Assembly (NCBI GenBank): GCA_938091905.1
Contig: CALKOM010000179.1
Span: 1-19,246 of the forward strand
Direction of reading: 5' to 3'
DNA from: an uncultured Verrucomicrobiales bacterium
GTDB taxonomy: Bacteria > Verrucomicrobiota > Verrucomicrobiia > Verrucomicrobiales > DEV007
DNA: 19,246 bases
Below, in pieces: positions 1-8,712 of this stretch. The notes beneath the pieces were generated by a model. It did not search any database. It worked only from the letters and a program-made list of their open reading frames with translations, and had not been told where the DNA came from. The position numbers were made by a program, and so were the translations under genes. Position 1 is the first letter of the stretch. Every line of letters starts with the position of its first letter.

Positions 1-1145
1 AGTTCCAAATACAAATTACAGAGCGGTGTCGGTCTCTCGAGAACAGTATGACCTTGGTGCCTATAGCCGCCCCCAGCAATGATCGTTGGCAGATTGTTAT
101 GGGTGTGATTTGAAGCGTCACCGAAATTACTGCCGATGACGACCGTGGTATTATCTAACAAAGATCCGTTTCCTTCCTTGATCTGATCCAGCTCAAAAAG
201 GAACTGATTGAGATGCTTCACGATATCGATCTCAATCCGCGTCAGCTTCTCGATCGTTTCGGATTGATTGCCATGATGGGACAACGTGTGCCAGCCGCCA
301 GTGGCGCCGGGCACGTTGATGGCCCCGTTGATCCAATCCATGGTGAATGTGATCACTCGCGTTGAGTCCGTTTGGAAGGCCAACTTTGACAGTTCTAATA
401 GGTTCTTAATCTTGGTGGAGAAGGCGAACTCGCTATCGTTGCTAAGAGTGTTGACCACGATTGGTTTCTTCGCGTTAAGCCAGAACTCTTCGTGCTTCAG
501 CTGTGCTTCAAGTTCACGGATGATCGTTCGATAGGAATCCAGCTTGCTTGCTCTCGCCCCGCGCGCTTTCAAGTGCTCCATGTCGCGGTAGAGGCAACGA
601 ACCACGTTCTGATCATTGGCGATCTGCCGTTTCTTGGTCGCCAGATCCTCCTCGCCGAAGAGTTTGTTGAAGATCAGCGCCTCGTCGTACATCGGCGGAA
701 TGGCCCCGCCTCGGCTGTTCCAAGAACAGCCCCAACCGCGGTCGTATATGCTCAAGGGAAGAGACGGATACCGCGTGTCGCCACCCATGTGCTGCGCGAG
801 AAGTTGGTCCAGAGAAATGCTATTGGTGAAGGTGGTCGACTCCGGATTTGGTGCGCCGGTTAGGAATGACTTCTCGGAGTCATGATTACTCGTCGACATT
901 CCTGGGTGAAAGAGATTCTGAAACACCGTCATCTTGTCCTTCGTCTTGATCCTGTTCAGGTAGGTGGAAGTGGACAAGTCTCCTCGTGTCTTCGGAAAGA
1001 AGTGGGATTCATAGAAACCTAATGAATTGCAGATGAACATGACGCGCTTGGGCGGCATCTTGGGTTTCTCCGCTGCACGCAGATTCAACAAGTGCAGTGC
1101 TAGCGGCAAAGCCGTGCCAATTCTGAGGAATTCCTTCCGTGTCAT
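1..1145 (-). CDS. DUF1552 domain-containing protein, 3' end runs off the left edge of the window
   Basis: Absent from the ORF track because it has no stop in the window. Manual translation from ATG 1145: MTRKEFLRIGTALPLALHLLNLRAAEKPKMPPKRVMFICNSLGFY...NHDSEKSFLTGA...NSISLDQLLAQHMGGDTRYPSL...LAFQTDSTRVITF...WHTLSHHGN...GSLLDNTTVVIGSNFGDASNHTHNNLPTIIAGG. These are typical DUF1552 motifs. Starts 1 nt after the stop of the DUF1592 gene. Confidence 0.92.
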   Translation of the reverse strand, partial: MTRKEFLRIGTALPLALHLLNLRAAEKPKMPPKRVMFICNSLGFYESHFFPKTRGDLSTSTYLNRIKTKDKMTVFQNLFHPGMSTSNHDSEKSFLTGAPNPESTTFTNSISLDQLLAQHMGGDTRYPSLPLSIYDRGWGCSWNSRGGAIPPMYDEALIFNKLFGEEDLATKKRQIANDQNVVRCLYRDMEHLKARGARASKLDSYRTIIRELEAQLKHEEFWLNAKKPIVVNTLSNDSEFAFSTKIKNLLELSKLAFQTDSTRVITFTMDWINGAINVPGATGGWHTLSHHGNQSETIEKLTRIEIDIVKHLNQFLFELDQIKEGNGSLLDNTTVVIGSNFGDASNHTHNNLPTIIAGGGYRHQGHTVLERPTPLCNLYLE

Positions 1146-1146
1146 G

Positions 1147-3501
1147 TTAGTCTTCTTTCTGGGAGAATGAATAGGTGAGTACGTCGATCAAGAGATCTCT
1201 CATTCGACACTCTTCGGCGTCCATGGGGATCAAGTCATAGAGTTCCATACGATGTTCGAGATTTGGTGCCAATCCTGTAGCGTATTCAAACAGGACCCTT
1301 GCAAAATTGTAGGCCACCTTCGTGGAGTCGACCAGCAAGAGATCCTTCAGATCAACGATACTCTCGAATTTCGCCCCGTCGAGATCCCCGGAGGCATCGA
1401 TCTTACCTCCCAGTCTAAAGAAGCCCTGAGGCCGATACTGAAAGGTGGCACGGTGTTCCATCTTCACACGGTACAGGGTCCGCCACTGACCGGTGGCATC
1501 AAAGCTCTCCAATGCAAAACCATAGGGATCGATGCTCTTGTGGCAGCTGTAGCAGATCTTGCTCTTCTTGTGCTTGGCCACTTGTTCCTTGAGCGTCGTG
1601 GCATCGCTTAAGTCCGGCTCGATCACTTCTACGTTCTCTGGTGGTGGTGATAGGGTGTTGCCAGCAATGTTTCGAGAAACCCAAGCACCGCGCAAGATTG
1701 GGGACGTGTCGAAACCATCGGTGGTGACTTTCAACACGCTACCCATCGTCATTAGACCACCGCGCGAGGAGCCCGGTGGGAGGGACACCCTGCGCATTGC
1801 CTGTCCGATTACCCCATCCACTCCATAGTGTTGGGCGAGGCGTTGATTGAGAAACGAGAAATCGGAATCGATCAGGTGACTAACTGGCAGGTTGTGCTCG
1901 ATAAGGTGGGCGAGGTAACTCTCGGTCTCGATCGGTAGGTAGTGGTTGAGCAGCTCGTTATAATTCGGGTAGAGTTTTAGCGATGGCGCCACGTTGTTAA
2001 ACGAACGTAGGTTAAGCCACTGCGCACATAAAGAGTGGATCAATCGCTCACTTTTCGCGTCTGCCAACAGGCGGGTGATCTCGGCATGCAGCGCAGCTGG
2101 TTTCAAATCGTCCCTGGCCGCACGTTCCAGCAATTGCGAATCAGGGACAGAGAGCCAAACCGAACGCGCGAGGTCGGCGGCGATCTTGAAGGAATCATTG
2201 GCGTGCTCGCCTGGAACTAGCAGGAACCGGTGCGAACTGATAATCGCTTTGAGACCGACTTTGGTAGCGGCTACGAAATCTCGATGCTCTTCCAGATGCC
2301 TCAGGCTGACTTGATAGTAAGGTTCTAGGTCATCCTCGATCAGAGACGACGAGAACGCGCGTTCGGCGAATCGCTTGATCACGGACCGCATGGCTTGAAA
2401 CTGGGCCTTCACCGCAATATGATCGAACGTGCCCCCATCGGCCGTTCCTAGCTGTACTGACCTGTCAGGAACATCGAGTGGCAGTCCGGCGAAAACCGTT
2501 TGATAGGATTGTGGAGGCCATGATTCGAAGACGGGCCCTTTCACAGTTAGCTTCTCGATGTAGGCGCCCTGTTCACCTTCACTCTGCCGCCAGGTGTGCT
2601 TGGAATAGCAGTGAACCGAGACGTTCTCGCCCGGCTTCAAATAGACACGAACCGTGTGAGGTTTCAGCTCATCGCTGCCCAACGAGAGAACGTCTAGTAC
2701 GCGCTGTGGCTGCGGGCGATCATCGGCATAGAAGTACTTACCCGCGAAGACCATGATGCTGATGTCCTCCGGAAAGTCGCCCCTCTTGGCGGCATCAAAG
2801 GTCAGGTCATACCAGCCTTCTACCGGCGGGTTGAAGTGATCATAAAAGAACGGATAAGGACGCCCGTTGTTCGACCGTGTCCACGAGAACAAGATGCCGT
2901 CCTTGTGCTTGCGCGCGTAGTCCCTGTATGTCTCATGGCTGTCCCTAACCGAGTTCGTGACCCAGGTCGTCTCGGGATGAAAGCCACTTGCCGGAAAGGC
3001 GAATTCTAACAGGTCGTCCGCCACGGCGAAGTAGGCGGCCAGCTGTTGCTTCGTCATCTGGATCCGACGATCCGAATCAAAGGTGAAGGTACCGCGATCC
3101 TCAGGTATCTGTTTCGTGAGATCGAAGTTCGTATTGAGCAGGTCATTGATCGAATGGACAAACTCATGACGGCTGATACGACGGAAGGAATTGGGGAGGC
3201 TTTCGACTTCTCGTTGAGCCAACCATCTCAGGAGGGATTGCCTCTCTCCAGTCGAAGGCTGTTTCTTCTCGGCCGGAGGCATCTTCCCCGTGATCAAATT
3301 CTCAAACATCAGGGAGCCGTCGAACTCTCCACTATCTAACAATCCAATTAGGTCAAGATTTCCCTTCTTCACCTCCTCGTCATGGCAATCGAAGCAATAC
3401 GTTTCGAGATGCTGATGTGCGATCTGCTTGAGGCCGCTCGACGGCGAAGCCGCGTAGACGTTCGTTGCGAACGTTATAACAATCAGTAGCAGACGGCTCA
3501 T
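1147..3501 (-). CDS. DUF1592/DUF1588 family (PSD/PSCyt) protein with planctomycete-type cytochrome c domains
   Basis: 784 aa with signal peptide. N-terminal CFDCH and MPP motif, DUF1587-like RRISRHEFVHSINDLL, DUF1592-like LARSVWLSVPD...QWLNL, DUF1588-like RGGLMTMGSVLKVTTDG..TSPILRGAWV...CYSCH..IDPYGFALESFDATGQWR. Canonical neighbour of DUF1552. Confidence 0.93.
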   Translation of the reverse strand: MSRLLLIVITFATNVYAASPSSGLKQIAHQHLETYCFDCHDEEVKKGNLDLIGLLDSGEFDGSLMFENLITGKMPPAEKKQPSTGERQSLLRWLAQREVESLPNSFRRISRHEFVHSINDLLNTNFDLTKQIPEDRGTFTFDSDRRIQMTKQQLAAYFAVADDLLEFAFPASGFHPETTWVTNSVRDSHETYRDYARKHKDGILFSWTRSNNGRPYPFFYDHFNPPVEGWYDLTFDAAKRGDFPEDISIMVFAGKYFYADDRPQPQRVLDVLSLGSDELKPHTVRVYLKPGENVSVHCYSKHTWRQSEGEQGAYIEKLTVKGPVFESWPPQSYQTVFAGLPLDVPDRSVQLGTADGGTFDHIAVKAQFQAMRSVIKRFAERAFSSSLIEDDLEPYYQVSLRHLEEHRDFVAATKVGLKAIISSHRFLLVPGEHANDSFKIAADLARSVWLSVPDSQLLERAARDDLKPAALHAEITRLLADAKSERLIHSLCAQWLNLRSFNNVAPSLKLYPNYNELLNHYLPIETESYLAHLIEHNLPVSHLIDSDFSFLNQRLAQHYGVDGVIGQAMRRVSLPPGSSRGGLMTMGSVLKVTTDGFDTSPILRGAWVSRNIAGNTLSPPPENVEVIEPDLSDATTLKEQVAKHKKSKICYSCHKSIDPYGFALESFDATGQWRTLYRVKMEHRATFQYRPQGFFRLGGKIDASGDLDGAKFESIVDLKDLLLVDSTKVAYNFARVLFEYATGLAPNLEHRMELYDLIPMDAEECRMRDLLIDVLTYSFSQKED

Positions 3502-3506
3502 TTATT

Positions 3507-3512
3507 CTCCTT
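3507..3512 (-). promoter_or_regulatory. Shine-Dalgarno site of the DUF1592 gene
   Basis: Minus strand reads AAGGAG-AATAA-ATG(3501). Confidence 0.7.
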
Positions 3513-3540
3513 CAGCAGCACAAGTCTAAACCAACGGCAG

Positions 3541-4452
3541 CTACTTCATCGCCCCGGTCACTTTCATCGGAATGGTGTAAACAGAATCCATCGCCGTGAT
3601 AAAGAGTGTCCGACGATCTTTGCCACCGAAGCACACGTTCGCGGTCCAACCTTCGGGAACGGGAATGTGCTCGATCTTCTCTCCTGACGGACTCACCACA
3701 GTCACGCCTCTGCCTGTCAGATAGAGATTTCCTGCCTCGTCAATCGACATCCCATCCGAGCCCATGTCGATCAGCTTGCTGCGTTCACTTAGACTACCAT
3801 CTTTACCAATCTTGTAGCGATAGGTTTTCTTGTCACCTATGTCCGCAACATAGAGCTGCTCACCTTTTCCAACGATGCCGTTTGGTTGGACCAAGTCATC
3901 GGTCACGCGTCGGGCTGTCTTGGCGCCTTTGGGCAGGAAATAGACTTGCTGGGATTGCTCGTGATCACCGCGTTTCCAGTAGGGGCGTTTGTAGAAGGGA
4001 TCGGTAAAGAAGAGATCGCCATAAGGGAGCACCCAGACGTCGTTGGGACCGTTGAAGAGTTTCCCCTCGTGATTTTCTAACAAGACTTCGTGTTTCTTAG
4101 TTGCTGGGGCGATGCGCCAGAGTTCGTTCTTCTCATCCGCGCAGGCGATGAGTGCACCATCCTCGGGATTGAAACAAAGTCCGTTCGAACGACCGGCTGG
4201 TTCGAGAAAGAGCTCCACCTTTCCTGTTTCGGCTATCCATCGGTGAATCCGGTCGTTCGGCTGATCGGTGAAATAGACATCACCTTTCGCGTCGCGTGCA
4301 GGCCCTTCGGTGAACTTAAAAGCGTCGCTTACCAGTTTCAAAGATGCCTTGTCCGCGACCACGGGTGAATCCTGAAATACTTTGGGCGGTTCCGTGTCCT
4401 TGGCCTCTAGAGCAAGGGGAATGAGGGCGATGAGGGCGGCGAAGAGTTTCAT
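3541..4452 (-). CDS. SMP-30/gluconolactonase/LRE family protein, secreted
   Basis: FTEGP, YFTDQP, GRSNGL, FNGPNDV, FFTDP, QPNGI, GSDGMSIDEAGNLY, TANVCFGG motifs of the six-bladed propeller. Start moved to ATG 4452, which gives the signal peptide MKLFAALIALIPLALEA. Confidence 0.92.
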   Translation of the reverse strand: MKLFAALIALIPLALEAKDTEPPKVFQDSPVVADKASLKLVSDAFKFTEGPARDAKGDVYFTDQPNDRIHRWIAETGKVELFLEPAGRSNGLCFNPEDGALIACADEKNELWRIAPATKKHEVLLENHEGKLFNGPNDVWVLPYGDLFFTDPFYKRPYWKRGDHEQSQQVYFLPKGAKTARRVTDDLVQPNGIVGKGEQLYVADIGDKKTYRYKIGKDGSLSERSKLIDMGSDGMSIDEAGNLYLTGRGVTVVSPSGEKIEHIPVPEGWTANVCFGGKDRRTLFITAMDSVYTIPMKVTGAMK

Positions 4453-4558
4453 GATTGACGAGCTTAACTGGACCCGAAGAGGAAGGCAATCAGTACGAGT
4501 TGCAGCGTGTTGGAGCTTTCCTCCTTCCAATCACGACGATTCTGACCAGAGTAACGGC

Positions 4559-5167
4559 ATGACTAAGCTTTCAGCAATCCCACGGTTTCTTCTTATTATC
4601 GCTTCAGCGTTGGCTCTCGCCCATGCGGACCATCACGCGCCAAAGCTGAAATCGATCTTCAACGGCAAAGACCTGAGCGGGTGGAAGACCCCAGACAATA
4701 ATATCTGGTACTCTGCTAGTAATGGCGAGCTGAAGATCAAGAGCGGCCCGGAGAGGAAGGGCTCAGCTATCTGGACCGAGAAAGATTACACCGATTTCGT
4801 CATGGAATTCGAGTTCAAGTTTGGCGAGGGCACCGTGGATTCAGGGATCTACGTGAAGACCGATAAGGACCAGATTCAGATCGGCATTTCCGGTTCGCTA
4901 AAAGTAGACATGACTGCTTTAGCTTACATTCCTGGCAAGGGCTATCCCTTTCGCAACGACCTCGCAGTGACGCTCTTAAAACCTAGCGACTGGAATCACA
5001 TAAAAATCGAGGTGAAGGGCAATACTTATCGAACCTGGCTAAACGGCACTTACGTCATGACCTACACGTCAGAATCCGCTGTGGAAAAGGGACCCTTAGG
5101 AATTCAACTACACGGCAATCGCGACATGGCAATTGACTATCGGAATCTCAAAGCGGCTGATTTGTAG
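4559..5167 (+). CDS. DUF1080 (3-keto-disaccharide hydrolase-like) domain protein, secreted
   Basis: SIFNGKDLSGW, TEKDYTDFVMEFEFK, DSGIY, DWNHIKI, WLNG, GPLGIQLH, IDYRNL. Start moved to ATG 4559 (signal peptide MTKLSAIPRFLLIIASALALAHA). Confidence 0.92.
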   Translation: MTKLSAIPRFLLIIASALALAHADHHAPKLKSIFNGKDLSGWKTPDNNIWYSASNGELKIKSGPERKGSAIWTEKDYTDFVMEFEFKFGEGTVDSGIYVKTDKDQIQIGISGSLKVDMTALAYIPGKGYPFRNDLAVTLLKPSDWNHIKIEVKGNTYRTWLNGTYVMTYTSESAVEKGPLGIQLHGNRDMAIDYRNLKAADL

Positions 5168-5168
5168 C

Positions 5169-5183
5169 AGCGTTGTCAACGCT
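5169..5183. terminator. Short perfect palindrome between convergent genes, possible terminator or binding site
   Basis: AGCGTTG-T-CAACGCT starting 2 nt after the DUF1080 stop. No U-tract. Confidence 0.3.
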
Positions 5184-5219
5184 TGACCCAGGGAGCGCCT
5201 TATTGCCTTACCAACGTCC

Positions 5220-6353
5220 TCACGACGGAACATCCAGCTCAATGAGGTACGATCCATTCCCATTCTTCTTCAGCACCTTGACGCTCAGAGGTGCCTCTTT
5301 GTGTTCAAACAGGTCCCCTGGTTCGAACGAGGCATGCAACAGATCGATCTTTGGATAGACAACGACCGCGTTCAGCCCCGTAGCAAGCGTGGCATCAACG
5401 CTGTAGACAAGGACACCGGTAACGGACCCAACTTTGCCAAGGTTTCGGATCGGCTGGGCAATCTCGACGACAAAGACTTTGCTAGGATTGGCCGGGTCAT
5501 TGACGGGGACCGTGATCATCGAGACACCGGACGGGGCATTCAGGGGCGTAAGTTCGAAGCGATGCTTCCCCTTGACGACATAGGTCTTCCTCTTGGCATC
5601 GAGCCACTTCAACTTGTGACGGTGCCATCCCAGAAAGCCACCTGCTTTGCTGGCGGCCGCCATGAGGTCCCAAGGACCCGTCGGATTCTTCATACCTTTG
5701 GCGCCGCCGTATGAATACAGATCGGGCAGGCCCATGCAGTGGGCCGTCTCATGAACGAGGACGTATGGGCTCGCACTGGAAATGTTCAGCGCGACATTGA
5801 TCTTTTTCCCTTTGTAAGGAATGGCAATAGCGTCTCGCTCACCGAAAGCAGTGTTGCCGATACGCGGCATGTTCACCATGATGTAGTCGTAGGCAAGGAA
5901 ATCAACTTTCGGATACAGGCTGAAGATTTCGACAAAAAGCTCGCGGTGCGCCTCCGTCGTCTTGCTACTGTAATCTTTGTGGGACTTGGACAAGCGGCGC
6001 CAACCATCGATGTGTCTGATCTCAAACGACACGTTGCCATACGACTGTTCCTTGAACAGCTGCTGGAACTTCCCATCTCCGAGAACTTTCCTGGCCCGCT
6101 CTTGGGTATCGATCTCCATCGCAGCGTCCAAGAAATCGACGTAGAGCATGATGGCTGTTTTTCTGCCAATCGTGCTGCCATAAATCAACGGATCATTGGG
6201 GCCTTCTGTCTTGTAGACATCGCCCTTGGGATTCAACTCAGGGATGGCCACCGTCTCGGCCTGACCGGGTAGAGTTACTGAAGCAACGGTGGCAATCGCA
6301 GCCAAGCCGACATGGAATTGGGGAGTTCTATTCAAGATTCGGGATCCTATCAA
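5220..6353 (-). CDS. M6-family (immune inhibitor A-like) zinc metalloprotease domain protein
   Basis: HETAHCMGLPDLY zinc motif, GPWDLMAA Met-turn-like motif, GWHRHKLKWL, upstream LYVDFLDA and FKEQSYG, GVLVYSVD. Hydrophobic N-terminal segment. TTG start is uncertain, but an in-frame TGA at 6369-6371 limits extension. Confidence 0.85.
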   Translation of the reverse strand: MIGSRILNRTPQFHVGLAAIATVASVTLPGQAETVAIPELNPKGDVYKTEGPNDPLIYGSTIGRKTAIMLYVDFLDAAMEIDTQERARKVLGDGKFQQLFKEQSYGNVSFEIRHIDGWRRLSKSHKDYSSKTTEAHRELFVEIFSLYPKVDFLAYDYIMVNMPRIGNTAFGERDAIAIPYKGKKINVALNISSASPYVLVHETAHCMGLPDLYSYGGAKGMKNPTGPWDLMAAASKAGGFLGWHRHKLKWLDAKRKTYVVKGKHRFELTPLNAPSGVSMITVPVNDPANPSKVFVVEIAQPIRNLGKVGSVTGVLVYSVDATLATGLNAVVVYPKIDLLHASFEPGDLFEHKEAPLSVKVLKKNGNGSYLIELDVPS

Positions 6354-6568
6354 GGCGGCTGCCTTGCGTCAATGGATAGGCCATGTCCCATTGTCTCAAG
6401 TTAGCCTATCGCGCGCCGGCAGGTGCACCACCTTCATCCTATCACCTGCACCATTGGCGAGACGGTGACGTAGCTACTCGAGTATAAGTGAATGTCGGAC
6501 CTTCAGCAGAATCTAGGCTCTTCGTTGAGGCGAGACCTGGCTGACATGGCCCCGCCCCATTCCTAACG

Positions 6569-7475
6569 CTACTCGGCAGCCAATTCGTCAACGAGTTCTT
6601 GTAGCAGTTCAGAAGGGCCTCTGTCTTTGCGCCAGACGGCCGATGACACCAGCATCGTCTTTGGGCGGCGCAAGGCGACGAAGCACACGCCCGCATGAGG
6701 TAACGTGTGGGCATCGCTGGGGATGAGGGCAACACCACCTCCGGTTCCAACTTGACCCAAGAGCTCTGATAGCCCGTCCACCTTCAACGCAACCGTGGGT
6801 GAGATGCATGCTTTGTCAAAGAGTGCGCGCAGTAACAAGGGGCGACCAGGAAAATGCTTCTCGTGTAGGCTGAAGAAGGTATCCTGTGAGAGTTCATTGA
6901 GATCGATCGCCTTGCGGTGGGCCAAGCGATGACTCTCAGGGAGGGCCACAGCCATCGGAACTTTACGAATCGGGCGTATCTCGTAGGTGCGCTTTAATAT
7001 GGGCAGGGCTGACCTAGCAAAGCGAGATCAATTCTTTCTTCGCGCAACGCTAGCTCTTGTTCGCTCGGTGACATTTCGTAAATCTGGACACAGACGTCGC
7101 GATGGCGTTGGCGGAACTGGCGCAGACCATGTGCGAGGAAGCCTGGCAATGCGGTCAGGATATAGCCTATACGCAGGCTTGTGATCCTATCGCTATCCCG
7201 AAGTGGAAGCATCGTCTCCGTGAGCGCATTTGCCTGGCGGAGAACCTCTTTCGCGAGACTGAGTGCTGTCTGGCCGTCCTCAGTCAGTTCGAGTCCGTCT
7301 CGCTTGCGAACAAACAAGGCTAGGCCGAATTCCTCTTCCAAGTCTCGGACCTGGCGAGAGACAGCGGGCTGAGACACATGAAGACGCTCTGCGGCGCGGG
7401 AAGACGCTCTGCGGCGCGGCTGATGTTGCCTTCTTCAGCGGCCATGACGAAGTAGCGGAGGTGTCGGAGTTCCAT
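6569..7475 (-). pseudogene. LysR-family transcriptional regulator, doubly frameshifted
   Basis: MELRHLRYFVMAAEEGNISRAAERL / HVSQPAVSRQVRDLEEEFG is a LysR HTH split by a 20-bp duplication (7380-7419). A second frameshift near 7000 joins IDLALLGQPCP to ILKRTYEIRPIRKVPMAVALPESHRLA. Repairing both gives about 295 aa. Confidence 0.93.
7380..7419. repeat. Exact 20-bp tandem duplication
   Basis: GAAGACGCTCTGCGGCGCGG twice (7380-7399, 7400-7419). Confidence 0.97.
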
Positions 7476-7526
7476 CTCAGGTACAAGAGAAACGCATACC
7501 TGGCCCAATGACAAGGTATTGGTCTG

Positions 7527-7550
7527 ACATGCTGCGTTGGCACAGCATGT
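7527..7550. promoter_or_regulatory. Dyad in the divergent lysR-pirin intergenic region, candidate LysR operator
   Basis: ACATGCTG-cgttggca-CAGCATGT with perfect 8-bp arms. Contains T7530-N11-A7542 (ATGC-N7-GCAC). Confidence 0.45.
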
Positions 7551-7569
7551 GTGTGTGAAAACAAACGTC

Positions 7570-8308
7570 ATACCTACTCTTCGTAAGCGCCCTGCCAATG
7601 AACGTGGTCAATCGGATCATGGCTAGCTGCAGGCACGATTCACGTTCTCCTTCGCAGACTATGTCGACCCGGACTACATGGGATTCAAGGCGCTTCGTGT
7701 GATGAACAACGACACCATTCAGCCGCGAGGTGGCTTTCCCACACATCCCCACTCAGACATGGAGATCTTTACTTACGTCATCGATGGGCAGTTGGCCCAC
7801 AAGGATAGCATGGGCAATGGCGCGTTCATCGAGGCGGGCAACCTGCAGTACATGAGTGCGTGTAGCGGTATCACTCACAGTGAATTCAATCCATCATAGA
7901 CTCACCAAACTCATCTTTACCAGGTCTGGCTTCATCCCAGCGAAAGGGGTGGAGAACCGCGCTACGCCGAGATCCCAATGGGCGACGCCGCGCCACCAAA
8001 TACACTCAGTCTGCTCTTCTCGGGAAGTGGTCGTGACGGATCCACAGAGATTCGACAGAGCGCCGAGATCTTCTTCGGACGGATCGATGCTAGACGTGCG
8101 CTCGACGTCCCTGCCTCCGAGCCGATGCCTCACGTGTGGCTGCAGGTGATCTCTGGCGGCATCGATGTGTTAGGAGAGCGTACTGAACGCTGGAGACGGT
8201 TTACCAATCGAGAATCAGGCTGACGGCTTCCGCATTCAGGGCCTCTCTAACGAAAGTCGACTCCTCGCTTTTCGCCTCAATGAACCCACATCATCACAAT
8301 CATCATGA
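7570..8308 (+). pseudogene. Pirin family (YhhW/YhaK-like cupin) pseudogene
   Basis: One frame from ATA 7570 (probably a mutated ATG): PTLRKRPANERGQSDHG*LQARFTFSFADY...GFPTHPHSDMEIFTYVIDGQLAHKDSMGNG...ITHSEFNPS*THQTHLYQVW. TAG at 7624 and 7897, then a frameshift near 8182 before LNAGDGL. The 3' end lies between 8283 and 8308. Confidence 0.93.
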
Positions 8309-8694
8309 AGCACCATCTACCCAACATCGCTGGTGCCCTGCTTGGGCTCGCTTTTTTCCTGTTCGGTTTGAATTTCTTTGGGAACCTCATTCCCATGCCC
8401 GCACCGCCGGAAGGCTCGCGGGTGATCCCATTCTTTCAGGCTACGGGGTCTAGTGGCTTCATGGTCTTCGTCAAGGTCTGCGAGATTACTGGTGCTGTTT
8501 TCAAAGCCATCCCTAAGACGCGAAATTAGGGGCTCCTCGTGCTAGGGCCGATTGTCGTCAACATCCTTGCCTTCAACGTATTCGTCGCGGGTGGTGCGGT
8601 GGTCCTTCAATCGCCAGTCTTGATAGCGTCCGTCGTCGCCACCTATTTATTATGGTCTGGCCGCGAGAAATCCTTCACCCTTCTCCATAGTTAA
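8305..8694 (+). pseudogene. DoxX-like four-TM membrane protein with internal amber stop
   Basis: MKHHLPNIAGALLGLAFFLFGLNFF...FVKVCEITGAVFKAIPKTRN*GLLVLGPIVVNILAFNVFV...YLLWSGREKSFTLLHS*. The frame continues through TAG 8527-8529 to TAA 8692-8694 (129 codons). Confidence 0.85.
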
Positions 8695-8712
8695 CCGTAT
8701 GCTTATTATCTT

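Noticed and set aside
286..3339. Many short plus-strand ORFs opposite the DUF1552/DUF1592 genes, and similar shadow ORFs elsewhere such as 5301-6272, 12086-12679 and 17828-18610
   Set aside because: They are antisense or alternate-frame shadows of well-supported genes with no recognisable motifs.
4382..4558. Overlapping N-terminal extensions of the lactonase (to 4530) and DUF1080 (from 4382) ORFs
   Set aside because: Downstream ATGs (4452, 4559) give clean signal peptides and remove the head-to-head overlap.
6375..6449. Two 7-bp inverted repeats upstream of the M6 protease (GATAGGC/GCCTATC and GCAGGTG/CACCTGC) as a riboswitch or ncRNA
   Set aside because: Short arms with long loops, no recognisable RNA family motif, and compatible with chance.
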